Part shown: positions 1-8,443 of the stretch, piece by piece
Layout: each line of letters starts with the position of its first letter
Position numbering within the stretch: position 1 is the stretch's first letter
Translations under genes and position numbers: made by a program
From: an uncultured Roseobacter sp.
GTDB taxonomy: Bacteria > Pseudomonadota > Alphaproteobacteria > Rhodobacterales > Rhodobacteraceae
Direction of reading: 5' to 3'
Assembly: GCF_947495025.1 (NCBI RefSeq)
Contig: NZ_CANLXG010000002.1
Location: forward strand, 994,124-1,058,123
DNA length: 64,000 nt
Notes under the pieces: model-generated
What the model saw: only the letters and a program-made list of their open reading frames with translations
Database searches by the model: none
Told to the model about the DNA's origin: nothing

Positions 1-85
1 CGTGGGCTTCGGCAGCGGCGACGCCCGCTTGCCAGCCTAAGGGCAGTTTGCTTTAAACGCCCGGACAAAGATCGGAGTCTGACCC

Positions 86-1375
86 TTGGACATCGCTACA
101 CGCGTCTGGAACCATAAATGGAAAATCGACCCGATCGTCAGATCCCTGATCGATACTGATTTCTATAAACTGCTGATGTGCCAGTCGGTATTCCGCAACA
201 AGCCGGACACACGTGTCACCTTCAGCCTGATCAACAGATCGAAAGATGTACCACTTGCCGATCTGATCGACGAAGGCGAACTGCGCGAACAGCTGGATCA
301 TATCCGATCGCTGTCACTGTCTCGCGGCGAAAGCACATGGCTGCGCGGCAATACCTTTTACGGCAAACGCCAGATGTTCCGGCCGGATTTCATGGAATGG
401 TTCGAGCAGCTGCGTCTGCCGCCCTACCACCTTGAGCGCAAAGGCGATCAGTATGAACTGACATTCGAAGGCAGCTGGCCCGAGGTGATGCTTTGGGAAA
501 TTCCAGCCCTCGCGGTGCTTATGGAGCTGCGCGGTCGCGCCGTGCTGAACCGCATGGGCAAATTTGAACTGCAGGTGCTCTATGCCCGCGCGATGACGCG
601 CGTCTGGGAAAAGATCGAGGCGATGCGGGATATTCCCGACCTGTCGATTGCGGATTTCGGCACCCGCCGACGCCACAGCTATCTCTGGCAGGACTGGTGC
701 GTTCAGGCGATGCAGGAAGGACTGGGCGGCGCATTTACCGGCACTTCAAACTGCGCGATCGCCATGCGGCGCGAGCTTGAGGCCATCGGAACCAACGCGC
801 ATGAACTGCCGATGGTCTACGCCGCGCTGGCGCAGGACGATGCAGCACTGGCCCGCGCGCCCTATGATGTCCTGTCCGACTGGCACGAAGAGCATGAGGG
901 CAACCTGCGGATTATTCTGCCGGATACTTTCGGAACTGCCGGCTTTCTGGAACGCGCGCCTGACTGGCTGGCAGGCTGGACAGGTATCCGCGTAGACAGC
1001 GGTGATCCCGCGCAGGCAGCCGAACAGGCGATTGCCTGGTGGCAGTCACGTGGCGAAGACCCGGGCGAAAAGCGGATCATCTTCAGCGATGGTCTGGATG
1101 TGGCAAAAATACGTGAACTGCACCGGCAGTTTGCAGGGCGCACAAACGTCTCCTTTGGCTGGGGCACACTGCTGACAAACGATTTCCGCGGTCTGGTACC
1201 CGACGACCGGCTCGCGCCGTTCTCACTGGTCTGCAAAGCAGTCAGCGCAAACGGCCGCCCCACCGTCAAGCTGTCGGACAATCCCAACAAGGCAATGGGC
1301 CCTGCAGACCAGATCGAACGCTACAAACGTGTCTTCAACGTCGGAGATCAGGCGCTGCAGGAAGTTATCGTCTGA
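86..1375 (+). CDS. pncB: Nicotinate phosphoribosyltransferase
   Basis: 429-aa ORF with SLIDTDFYKLLM, DFGTRRRHS, GTNAHE and VKLSDNPNKA motifs typical of PncB; TTG start. Confidence 0.93.
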   Translation: MDIATRVWNHKWKIDPIVRSLIDTDFYKLLMCQSVFRNKPDTRVTFSLINRSKDVPLADLIDEGELREQLDHIRSLSLSRGESTWLRGNTFYGKRQMFRPDFMEWFEQLRLPPYHLERKGDQYELTFEGSWPEVMLWEIPALAVLMELRGRAVLNRMGKFELQVLYARAMTRVWEKIEAMRDIPDLSIADFGTRRRHSYLWQDWCVQAMQEGLGGAFTGTSNCAIAMRRELEAIGTNAHELPMVYAALAQDDAALARAPYDVLSDWHEEHEGNLRIILPDTFGTAGFLERAPDWLAGWTGIRVDSGDPAQAAEQAIAWWQSRGEDPGEKRIIFSDGLDVAKIRELHRQFAGRTNVSFGWGTLLTNDFRGLVPDDRLAPFSLVCKAVSANGRPTVKLSDNPNKAMGPADQIERYKRVFNVGDQALQEVIV

Positions 1376-1386
1376 AAGGAAACGCG

Positions 1387-2304
1387 GTGCCGTCAGATAC
1401 TCATACAACCCACGATTCAGACGAGGATATCCGTAACCGGGATATCCTGATCTACGTAAACGGCGATATTGTCCCCCGCGATCAGGCGGTGGTTTCCGTC
1501 TACGACAGTGGTTTTCTGCTGGGAGATGGCATGTGGGAAGGTATGCGTCTCTACAATGGCAGATGGGCCTTTTTTGAAGAGCACATGGACCGCTTTTTCG
1601 CATCGTGCAAAACGGTTTCCCTCGATGTCGGCATGGACCGCGCCGGCATCCTTGATGCCTTGACCCGCACCGCAGAGGCAAACGGGATGCACACGGACGT
1701 GCATTGCCGGCTGATGCTGACCCGCGGAATCAAGGTCAAACCTTTCCAGCACCCCTCGCTCAGCCGGACCGGCCCGACGCTCGTGATCATCATGGAACAC
1801 TCAAAGCCGGCAGCCAGCCTGCAGTCTCAGGGTATCCGCCTTGCAACTGTACCGCAGGTGCGGGGCCTGCCCATGTCGCAGGATCCGAAGCTGAACAGCC
1901 ATTCAAAACTTAACTGTGTAATTGCATGTCTGCAGGCCGAAGAGGCCGGCGCCGATGAGGGGCTGATGCTGGATCCGCATGGTTTCGTGAACACGACCAA
2001 CGCCTGCAACTTCTTTATCGTGCGCGGTGGCGAAGTGTGGACGTCCACAGGGGACTATTGCATGAAGGGCGTCACGCGCCAGAAGGTGATCGACCTGTGC
2101 CGCGCGAATGGTATCCCGGTCTTTGAAAAGAACTATTCGCTCTACGAGGCATATGGCGCTGAGGAGGCATTCCTGACGGGAACCTTCGGCGCACAGACAC
2201 CGGTTGCGACGATCGACGGGAAACCCATCGGTGATGGTGAGCGCCCGGTCACAAGGCGGATCCGGGCACTCTACAGCAATCTTATCACGGCCAGCGTCAC
2301 CTGA
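1387..2304 (+). CDS. Class IV PLP-dependent aminotransferase (D-amino acid/branched-chain type)
   Basis: SVYDSGFLLGDGMWEG, KLNSHSKLN (PLP Lys), EGLMLD..G, GVTRQKV and EAFLTGT motifs. Confidence 0.88.
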   Translation: MPSDTHTTHDSDEDIRNRDILIYVNGDIVPRDQAVVSVYDSGFLLGDGMWEGMRLYNGRWAFFEEHMDRFFASCKTVSLDVGMDRAGILDALTRTAEANGMHTDVHCRLMLTRGIKVKPFQHPSLSRTGPTLVIIMEHSKPAASLQSQGIRLATVPQVRGLPMSQDPKLNSHSKLNCVIACLQAEEAGADEGLMLDPHGFVNTTNACNFFIVRGGEVWTSTGDYCMKGVTRQKVIDLCRANGIPVFEKNYSLYEAYGAEEAFLTGTFGAQTPVATIDGKPIGDGERPVTRRIRALYSNLITASVT

Positions 2305-2324
2305 GGACGGATAGGCCAGCAGCG

Positions 2325-2717
2325 TCACACAGCGACGACGCGCTCGCTCTCATGCAACATCCGGATATTGCCGGCTTTGCGATCAGGATTCACCACTCTG
2401 GCTTTTGACGAACTGCGCTCGGCACCTTCGGGAAGAATAATATGCAGTTTTTCGCTCTGGCGGCGGATACCGACACCTGCCCGCTTGGCAACCTGGTAAA
2501 GGTTCACCAGCGCAGTTGAGCGGGACCAGCCCGTCTTCTCCTCGATTTCCTGACTTGTAACACCGTGGATCAGTGCGCCGATCAGCCATGCTGAAATCGT
2601 TCCTTCCTCGGGTGGATTCATTTCGCTGGCATAGCGGCGCGGCTGTACAAGCACGCGATCAGCTTTGCGTTTGCTGAGTGCTTCGAGACGGCGGTTGCGG
2701 GCAAGTTCTGCGTTCAT
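2325..2717 (-). CDS. Hypothetical protein with probable winged-helix domain (DUF3489-like)
   Basis: 130-aa ORF; GVTSQEIEEKTGWSRSTALVNL resembles the G.T..EI...TGW pattern of DUF3489-type wHTH proteins. Recognised by eye. Confidence 0.45.
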   Translation of the reverse strand: MNAELARNRRLEALSKRKADRVLVQPRRYASEMNPPEEGTISAWLIGALIHGVTSQEIEEKTGWSRSTALVNLYQVAKRAGVGIRRQSEKLHIILPEGAERSSSKARVVNPDRKAGNIRMLHESERVVAV

Positions 2718-2734
2718 TGTTAAATCCTGACTGG

Positions 2735-3100
2735 TTACTCTGATACTTTAGCGGGAATTGTTTTTGCGCCTGAAGAAGACTGGGCGGATGTATTCTGCTT
2801 GCTGTCAGACCGGGCGCGAGGCGGTTCTTCGGCGGATACGACAGGAGCGCGGGTCGTGTAGACAACGTTCTGCGGTTGTCTGAGCAGAGACATGACCGGA
2901 ACGTTGCAGTCCTGTTCCCCACCGGTCACCTGCAGTGACGGTGCAGTCCGGTCAGAACAGTCAGTTACATAACCCGCAGCTTCACCCGGACCGGCAAAGG
3001 TGCCGCGTGTCGCAGGTGTCTCGCGCTGCACCGCACAGGCGCAGAGTAATGCCGTCAATACGACGGCTGTCAGCGTATAGGTGCCGCTCCTGAGGTTCAT
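2735..3100 (-). CDS. Hypothetical lipoprotein
   Basis: ATG at 3100 preceded by AGGAG; hydrophobic leader ending in a lipobox-like LCAC. Confidence 0.5.
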   Translation of the reverse strand: MNLRSGTYTLTAVVLTALLCACAVQRETPATRGTFAGPGEAAGYVTDCSDRTAPSLQVTGGEQDCNVPVMSLLRQPQNVVYTTRAPVVSAEEPPRARSDSKQNTSAQSSSGAKTIPAKVSE

Positions 3101-3677
3101 TAAGCAAACTCCTGCAGTGTGCCCCACCCAGGTTTTTGCAGCCGGACCCCATCATCGGATGTGACGCCGGCTGTGCACAGTTATGCCATATTTTCGGCCC
3201 ATTTCAAATTTCGGGGCAGAGCGTGCGCGAAGCGGAAACAGTCTGATGGCACCGGAGAAGATTGGTCTGTGGAATGTATCCATTCGTGATTCCCGCATAT
3301 GTGGAAACGCGCCCGGAAATCGTATTTTATATATATTTAACAATGCATTATGCTTGCGATGCGAATCTGTTACGGCAGAGTTCTCCTATGCCGGGAAAAC
3401 AATCCGAATCGGCAGGCGCGAGGCCGGATTTCAGATAAGCTCTTACGAAAGAACCCTTACGCTGCATTGCCTGGATAATCTGAATTGTGACCAAAAGATG
3501 TCGCTATTTTTGCGATGATCGCGTTGGCACATTGGTACTCGTGTGCCGGGAAAAGAAAGGCAGCCGGATGTTCGGCCAATACCGGACCATCCCTTCTTTC
3601 TGTCTGCGACATGACGTGGCGGGAAAGAAGCCGCATGTGTTGCGTCTGCTGACCGGAATATCAGAATTTCGGGGATC

Positions 3678-3763
3678 TGGTGCCCAGGAGAGGACTCGAA
3701 CCTCCACGTCCATACGGACACTAGCACCTGAAGCTAGCGCGTCTACCATTCCGCCACCTGGGC
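3678..3763 (-). tRNA. tRNA-Leu (CAG anticodon)
   Basis: Reverse complement reads GCCCAGGTGGCGGAATGGTAGACGCGCTAGCTTCAGGTGCTAGTGTCCGTATGGACGTGGAGGTTCGAGTCCTCTCCTGGGCACCA: acceptor stem, D-loop, CAG anticodon, long variable arm, GTTCGA T-loop, encoded CCA. Confidence 0.96.
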
Positions 3764-3934
3764 AGGTGTCGTGGGTCGCCGTTTACGCAATCGCCCAAAG
3801 GGTGTCAAACGGATTTTGGCTGTTTTCAGGACTCTTCACTGCCATATCCCTGCCGGGCCCGCGCGGATTTGCGCCTTGTCTCAGAGCCGCGTCAAATGTA
3901 CATCCGGAGGGATCACGACACAAAGAGGCAAGCG

Positions 3935-4918
3935 ATGTCAAAACTGGTCACTATTTATGGCGGATCCGGGTTCGTAGGACGCTACATCGCGCGCCGTATG
4001 GCGAAAGCGGGCTGGCGTGTGCGCGTCGCTGTGCGGCGCCCCAACGAGGCAATCTTTGTAAAGCCGTATGGTGTCGTTGGTCAGGTGGAGCCGGTACTCT
4101 GTAATATCCGCGATGACGCGTCGGTGGCCCAGGTGATGCAGGGTGCAGATGCTGTTGTGAACTGCGTCGGCATTCTGGCCGAGGCAGGCAGGAACGGTTT
4201 TGATGCGGTTCAGTCCGAGGGAGCAGAGCGTATCGCCCGCACAGCTGCAGCGCAGGGGATCGCCAGCATGGTGCACGTTTCTGCAATCGGCGCCGATCTG
4301 GAATCAGACAGCGACTATTCACGGACGAAGGCCCTGGGGGAGGCGGGTGTACTTGAACACATGCCTGACGCGGTGATCCTGCGGCCGTCCATTGTTTTCG
4401 GTCCGGAGGATCAGTTCTTTAACAGGTTCGCATCAATGACCCGGCTGGGACCTGTGCTGCCTGTCGTCGGTGCGGAAACGCGCTTTCAGCCTGTTTACGT
4501 CGATGACATCGCCCGGGCCGCCGAACTGGCGCTGACAAAGGGCGTGCAACCGGGAGTATACGAGCTCGGTGGACCAGACGTCGCCAGCTTCCGGGAACTG
4601 ATGCAGAAGATGCTGGACGTAATCCATCGTCGCCGCATGATCGTAAGCATACCTTTCTTTGCTGCGCGCATCATGGCGTTTGGCTTTGACCTGCTTCAGA
4701 CACTGACCGGAGGTCTTGTCACCAACAGCATGATCACCCGCGACCAGGTCCGAAACCTTTCGCGGGACAATGTCGTATCGGGTAAAACGATGGGTTTTGA
4801 TGATCTGGGCGTTGCGCCGACATCGATGACATCTGTACTGCCGGAATACCTTTGGCGGTTCCGTCCTTCGGGGCAGTACGATGCCATCAAGGAATCGGCC
4901 AAAAACCTGCGCACCTAG
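3935..4918 (+). CDS. Complex I NDUFA9-family atypical SDR (NAD-dependent epimerase/dehydratase)
   Basis: MSKLVTIYGGSGFVGRY Rossmann motif, VHVSAIGAD, LRPSIVFGPED; start placed at ATG 3935 rather than the upstream ORF start. Confidence 0.88.
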   Translation: MSKLVTIYGGSGFVGRYIARRMAKAGWRVRVAVRRPNEAIFVKPYGVVGQVEPVLCNIRDDASVAQVMQGADAVVNCVGILAEAGRNGFDAVQSEGAERIARTAAAQGIASMVHVSAIGADLESDSDYSRTKALGEAGVLEHMPDAVILRPSIVFGPEDQFFNRFASMTRLGPVLPVVGAETRFQPVYVDDIARAAELALTKGVQPGVYELGGPDVASFRELMQKMLDVIHRRRMIVSIPFFAARIMAFGFDLLQTLTGGLVTNSMITRDQVRNLSRDNVVSGKTMGFDDLGVAPTSMTSVLPEYLWRFRPSGQYDAIKESAKNLRT

Positions 4919-5718
4919 GAATAGGCGTAGACCAGCAGAACGATGCCCAGCAGCACCCTGTATATAACGTACGGGGTGAAACTGACCGTTTTGAGCAGGC
5001 GCATCATGACGACCAGTGCCAGAAGTGCTGCGATGAATGCGAAGGCTGCAGCGATCGCGGCATCCCTGGCCAGGGCCCAGTCCGCCTGACCTGCGACATC
5101 AAGGCTGAGCAAGGCGCCCGAAGCGGCGATTGTCGGGATCGACATCAGCATAGACAGACGGGCAGCGCTCTCACGGTCATAGCCGAGGTGACGGGCGGCG
5201 GTAATGGTGATCCCTGACCGGGAAGTCCCCGGTATCAGTGCCAGGGCCTGTGCCAGACCCATGGTTGCCGCATCGCGCAGCGTCCACTCTTTGGCGGAGC
5301 GTTGCGAGCCACCATTCCTGTCTGCCCAGTACAGCACGAGGCCGAACCCCAGCATCGTCCAGCCGATGACCGCCACCGAACGTATCATTTCGTCGAGCCC
5401 GGCCATTTTGATGATGAATCCGATCAGGACCACCGGGACAGTCGAAATCGCAAGGCACAGCGCCAGAAAAGCGCCGGGAGTGTCAATCCGCCCGCGAAGC
5501 AGGCGCATTGTACCAGCCAGCGCTACAGCGACGTCCGATCTGAAATACAGCACTACGGCAAAAAGCGTGCCGACATGAACAGCCACGTCGATCGCCAGGC
5601 CCTGGTCTGGTGTACCCGTCAGTGCGGGCAGCAGCGCGAGGTGTCCGGAAGAGCTGACAGGCAGGAACTCGGTCAGGCCCTGGATCACCGCAACGATCAG
5701 TAGCTGGAATAAAGTCAC
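4915..5718 (-). CDS. uppP: Undecaprenyl-diphosphate phosphatase (BacA/UppP)
   Basis: QGLTEFLPVSSSGH and ALIPGTSRSG signature motifs; multi-TM. Confidence 0.95.
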   Translation of the reverse strand: MTLFQLLIVAVIQGLTEFLPVSSSGHLALLPALTGTPDQGLAIDVAVHVGTLFAVVLYFRSDVAVALAGTMRLLRGRIDTPGAFLALCLAISTVPVVLIGFIIKMAGLDEMIRSVAVIGWTMLGFGLVLYWADRNGGSQRSAKEWTLRDAATMGLAQALALIPGTSRSGITITAARHLGYDRESAARLSMLMSIPTIAASGALLSLDVAGQADWALARDAAIAAAFAFIAALLALVVMMRLLKTVSFTPYVIYRVLLGIVLLVYAYS

Positions 5719-5862
5719 GCAAGTGCCCCGTAAGCCGGTCGGTTAGCGAGTGGTATAAGGACACGGAATCAAATGGAAAGTGTCAATTTAATTCCGGATC
5801 GGACCTAAAAAAGTGACTGACCGCGCGACAAAGTCAGCAGAAAGAAGTTTTTTCCGCAATAT

Positions 5863-5881
5863 AAGTCAGTATTACTGACTT
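5863..5881. promoter_or_regulatory. Perfect inverted repeat AAGTCAGT-ATT-ACTGACTT, candidate operator
   Basis: 8-bp arms with a 3-bp spacer in the divergent uppP/gltD intergenic region; another AAGTCAG half-site at 5831. Confidence 0.4.
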
Positions 5882-5940
5882 TATTTATGCTCAGGCATCC
5901 CGTATGCGGTGTGGAAGAAAGCTGGTGGAGGATTCTGAAC

Positions 5941-7374
5941 ATGGCCGAACAGCCCATGCTGAAATTTGTGACAGTTGAGCGTGACATGCCCGAAAAGCGT
6001 GATGCTTCTGTACGCAAGGAGGACTTCCGCGAGATTTACGCAGAATATGCAGAGAAAAAGGCGCAGGAACAGTCCAGCCGCTGTTCGCAGTGCGGGGTAC
6101 CCTATTGTCAGAGCCATTGTCCGCTGCACAACAATATCCCCGACTGGCTGCGCCTGACCGCAGAAGGCCGCTTGCAGGAGGCCTATGAGGTCAGCCAGGC
6201 GACGAATACCTTTCCTGAAATCTGTGGCCGCATCTGTCCGCAGGACCGGCTTTGCGAAGGCAACTGCGTAATCGAACAATCGGGTCACGGCACCGTAACA
6301 ATCGGTGCAGTTGAGAAATACATCACAGACACAGCCTGGGAAGAAGGCTGGGTACTGCCTGTGACACCAGCGCAGGAACGTGCGGAATCGGTGGGAATCA
6401 TCGGTGCCGGACCGGGTGGTCTGGCGGCGGCAGACGTGCTGCGCCGTGCCGGCGTTCAGGTAACTGTTTATGACAGGTACGATCGTGCGGGCGGACTGCT
6501 GACCTATGGAATCCCCGGCTTCAAGCTGGAAAAAGAAGTTGTCATGCGTCGTAACGACCAGCTGGAGCAGGGTGGAGTCACCTTTGAGCTGAACACAAAC
6601 GTCGGCGAGGACATCAGCTTTAATGACATCCGTGCGAAACATGACGCGGTGATCATTGCGACCGGAGTGTACAAGTCCCGAGGTCTCGAAGCGCCGGGCG
6701 TCGGAGCCAGCGGCGTCGTCCGTGCAATAGATTTCCTGACCGCGTCGAACCGCAAAAGTTTTGGGGACGCTGTTCCGGAATTCGATTCCGGCGCGCTGAA
6801 CGCAGAGGGCAAACGCGTTGTCGTAATCGGCGGAGGCGACACGGCTATGGATTGTGTGCGTACATCGGTTCGCCAGGGCGCAACATCCGTCAAATGTCTG
6901 TACCGCCGGGACCGTGCCAATATGCCGGGATCTCAGCGCGAAGTGCAGAACGCAGAAGAAGAAGGCGTGGTCTTTGAATGGCTCTCTGCGCCCAAAGGCT
7001 TTACGGGCGATCCGGTCACCGGCGTTATGGTGCAGAAGATGCGCCTTGGCGCACCGGATGCGACCGGACGTCAGACCCCGGAAGTGATCGAGGGCGCTGA
7101 TTATATCGAAGAGGCAGATATTGTGATCATGGCACTGGGTTTTGAGCCCGAGGCGCTGCCAACGCTCTGGGATCAGCCAGAGCTGCCGGTCACCCGCTGG
7201 GGTACAGTCAAGGCCGAGTTCACCACCGGAGCAACAGACCTCGACGGTGTTTATGCCGTGGGAGATATCGTCCGGGGCGCCAGCCTGGTGGTCTGGGCGA
7301 TCCGTGACGGGCGCGATTGTGCCGAAGCAATCCTCGGAAAATTCGGCGCGACGAGCGCAATTGCAGCGGAATAA
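5941..7374 (+). CDS. gltD: Glutamate synthase (NADPH) small subunit
   Basis: RCSQCGVPYCQSHCPLHNNIPDW and GRICPQDRLCEGNC Fe-S motifs; IGAGPGG and IGGGDTAMDC dinucleotide motifs; start at MAEQPMLKF. Confidence 0.95.
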   Translation: MAEQPMLKFVTVERDMPEKRDASVRKEDFREIYAEYAEKKAQEQSSRCSQCGVPYCQSHCPLHNNIPDWLRLTAEGRLQEAYEVSQATNTFPEICGRICPQDRLCEGNCVIEQSGHGTVTIGAVEKYITDTAWEEGWVLPVTPAQERAESVGIIGAGPGGLAAADVLRRAGVQVTVYDRYDRAGGLLTYGIPGFKLEKEVVMRRNDQLEQGGVTFELNTNVGEDISFNDIRAKHDAVIIATGVYKSRGLEAPGVGASGVVRAIDFLTASNRKSFGDAVPEFDSGALNAEGKRVVVIGGGDTAMDCVRTSVRQGATSVKCLYRRDRANMPGSQREVQNAEEEGVVFEWLSAPKGFTGDPVTGVMVQKMRLGAPDATGRQTPEVIEGADYIEEADIVIMALGFEPEALPTLWDQPELPVTRWGTVKAEFTTGATDLDGVYAVGDIVRGASLVVWAIRDGRDCAEAILGKFGATSAIAAE

Positions 7375-7583
7375 CCCGCAACGGTCGCAAATCTTTACAA
7401 CATCGGTGTTGCTCAGGCGCACCGAAGAGACTTCAGGGACGGAAAAATGGCCCATTCGAGGCATGCAGGACCAAAGAATCAGGCAGCAGCTGTCATGCTG
7501 ATGCGCCGTTCTTCTGTCTGCTGTGCGCAGGGTCTGCCATCCGCGCGGTCCGGATCTGCCGGTGACAACGGCGGAGGTCAGTT

Positions 7584-8018
7584 GTGACCGGAGCAGCAAA
7601 GGTCCTCAATGGCCGGTGCCTGTGTGGTGCCGTCACTGTAACGGTACAGACAGAAAACCCGCGTCTGCGCGCCTGCCATTGCGATATGTGCCGACGTCAC
7701 ACAAGTGGAGCATTCTTTTCTGTGGATACCATGCCCGGCACGCTGGTGGTCGAAGGACCTGCAACCAGCTTTGCGTCGTCGGACTGGGCCGAGCGGGGGT
7801 TCTGCGGAACCTGTGGCTCGACGCTGTGGTACGGCACCGTGCATGACGGCATGCGTCATCTGGCTGCGGGACTGTTCGACAATGCGGCAGGTGGTGAACT
7901 GAAACTGGAGTTTTACGCTGACCGCTGCCCATCAGGCTACAGCCTGGCGGGTGATCATCGTCGTCTGAACACCGAAGAGACGATCGCGATGTTTACCGAA
8001 GTGGAGAATAATGCATGA
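7584..8018 (+). CDS. GFA family (glutathione-dependent formaldehyde-activating-like) Zn-binding protein
   Basis: GRCLCGAV...CHCDMCRR...RGFCGTCGS Cys pattern. Confidence 0.88.
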   Translation: MTGAAKVLNGRCLCGAVTVTVQTENPRLRACHCDMCRRHTSGAFFSVDTMPGTLVVEGPATSFASSDWAERGFCGTCGSTLWYGTVHDGMRHLAAGLFDNAAGGELKLEFYADRCPSGYSLAGDHRRLNTEETIAMFTEVENNA

Positions 8019-8443
8019 CGGACCGGATGGAAGGACAGTGCCTGTGTGGTGCCGTGCACATCATCGTGGACGGCGCGCATGACCCGCGTCCTGGCGCCTG
8101 TCATTGCCGGATGTGCCAGCGATGGTCGGGTGGGTTGTTTCTGTGTTTCGAGGCCGATGCCGTGGCAGTGACAGTGGTCGGCGAGGTTGGCCGCTTTGCG
8201 TCGTCGGATTTTGCAGAGCGTGCCTTCTGCCCCCGCTGCGGCTCCCATCTATGGATGCGTGATGGCGACGGAGAATACAACCTGATGCCGGGACTGTTCG
8301 ATGCAGTGCTCGCCGCGCCTTTGCGCTCAGAAGTTTACGTGGACCAGGCGATGGCGTCGGTAAAACTGTCGGGCGACCACCCGACAGCGACGCGCGCTGT
8401 CTATGAATCCAAGAACAGATTTGTCGAAGGAGAAGCCGGATGA
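8015..8443 (+). CDS. GFA family protein (second paralog)
   Basis: GQCLCGAV...CHCRMCQR...RAFCPRCGS; ATGA overlaps with both neighbours. Confidence 0.88.
   Translation: MTDRMEGQCLCGAVHIIVDGAHDPRPGACHCRMCQRWSGGLFLCFEADAVAVTVVGEVGRFASSDFAERAFCPRCGSHLWMRDGDGEYNLMPGLFDAVLAAPLRSEVYVDQAMASVKLSGDHPTATRAVYESKNRFVEGEAG

Noticed and set aside
3678-3763. tRNA-Leu as the integration site of the eCIS island
   Set aside because: It is about 22 kb from the locus with core genes in between, and I found no duplicated tRNA 3' end or direct repeats at the locus edges.
5881-7599. 572-aa minus-strand ORF opposite gltD (also similar long ORFs opposite gltB, the baseplate gene, the tape measure and the toxin gene)
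   Set aside because: Antisense shadows of conserved or better-supported genes; protein sequences look non-biological.
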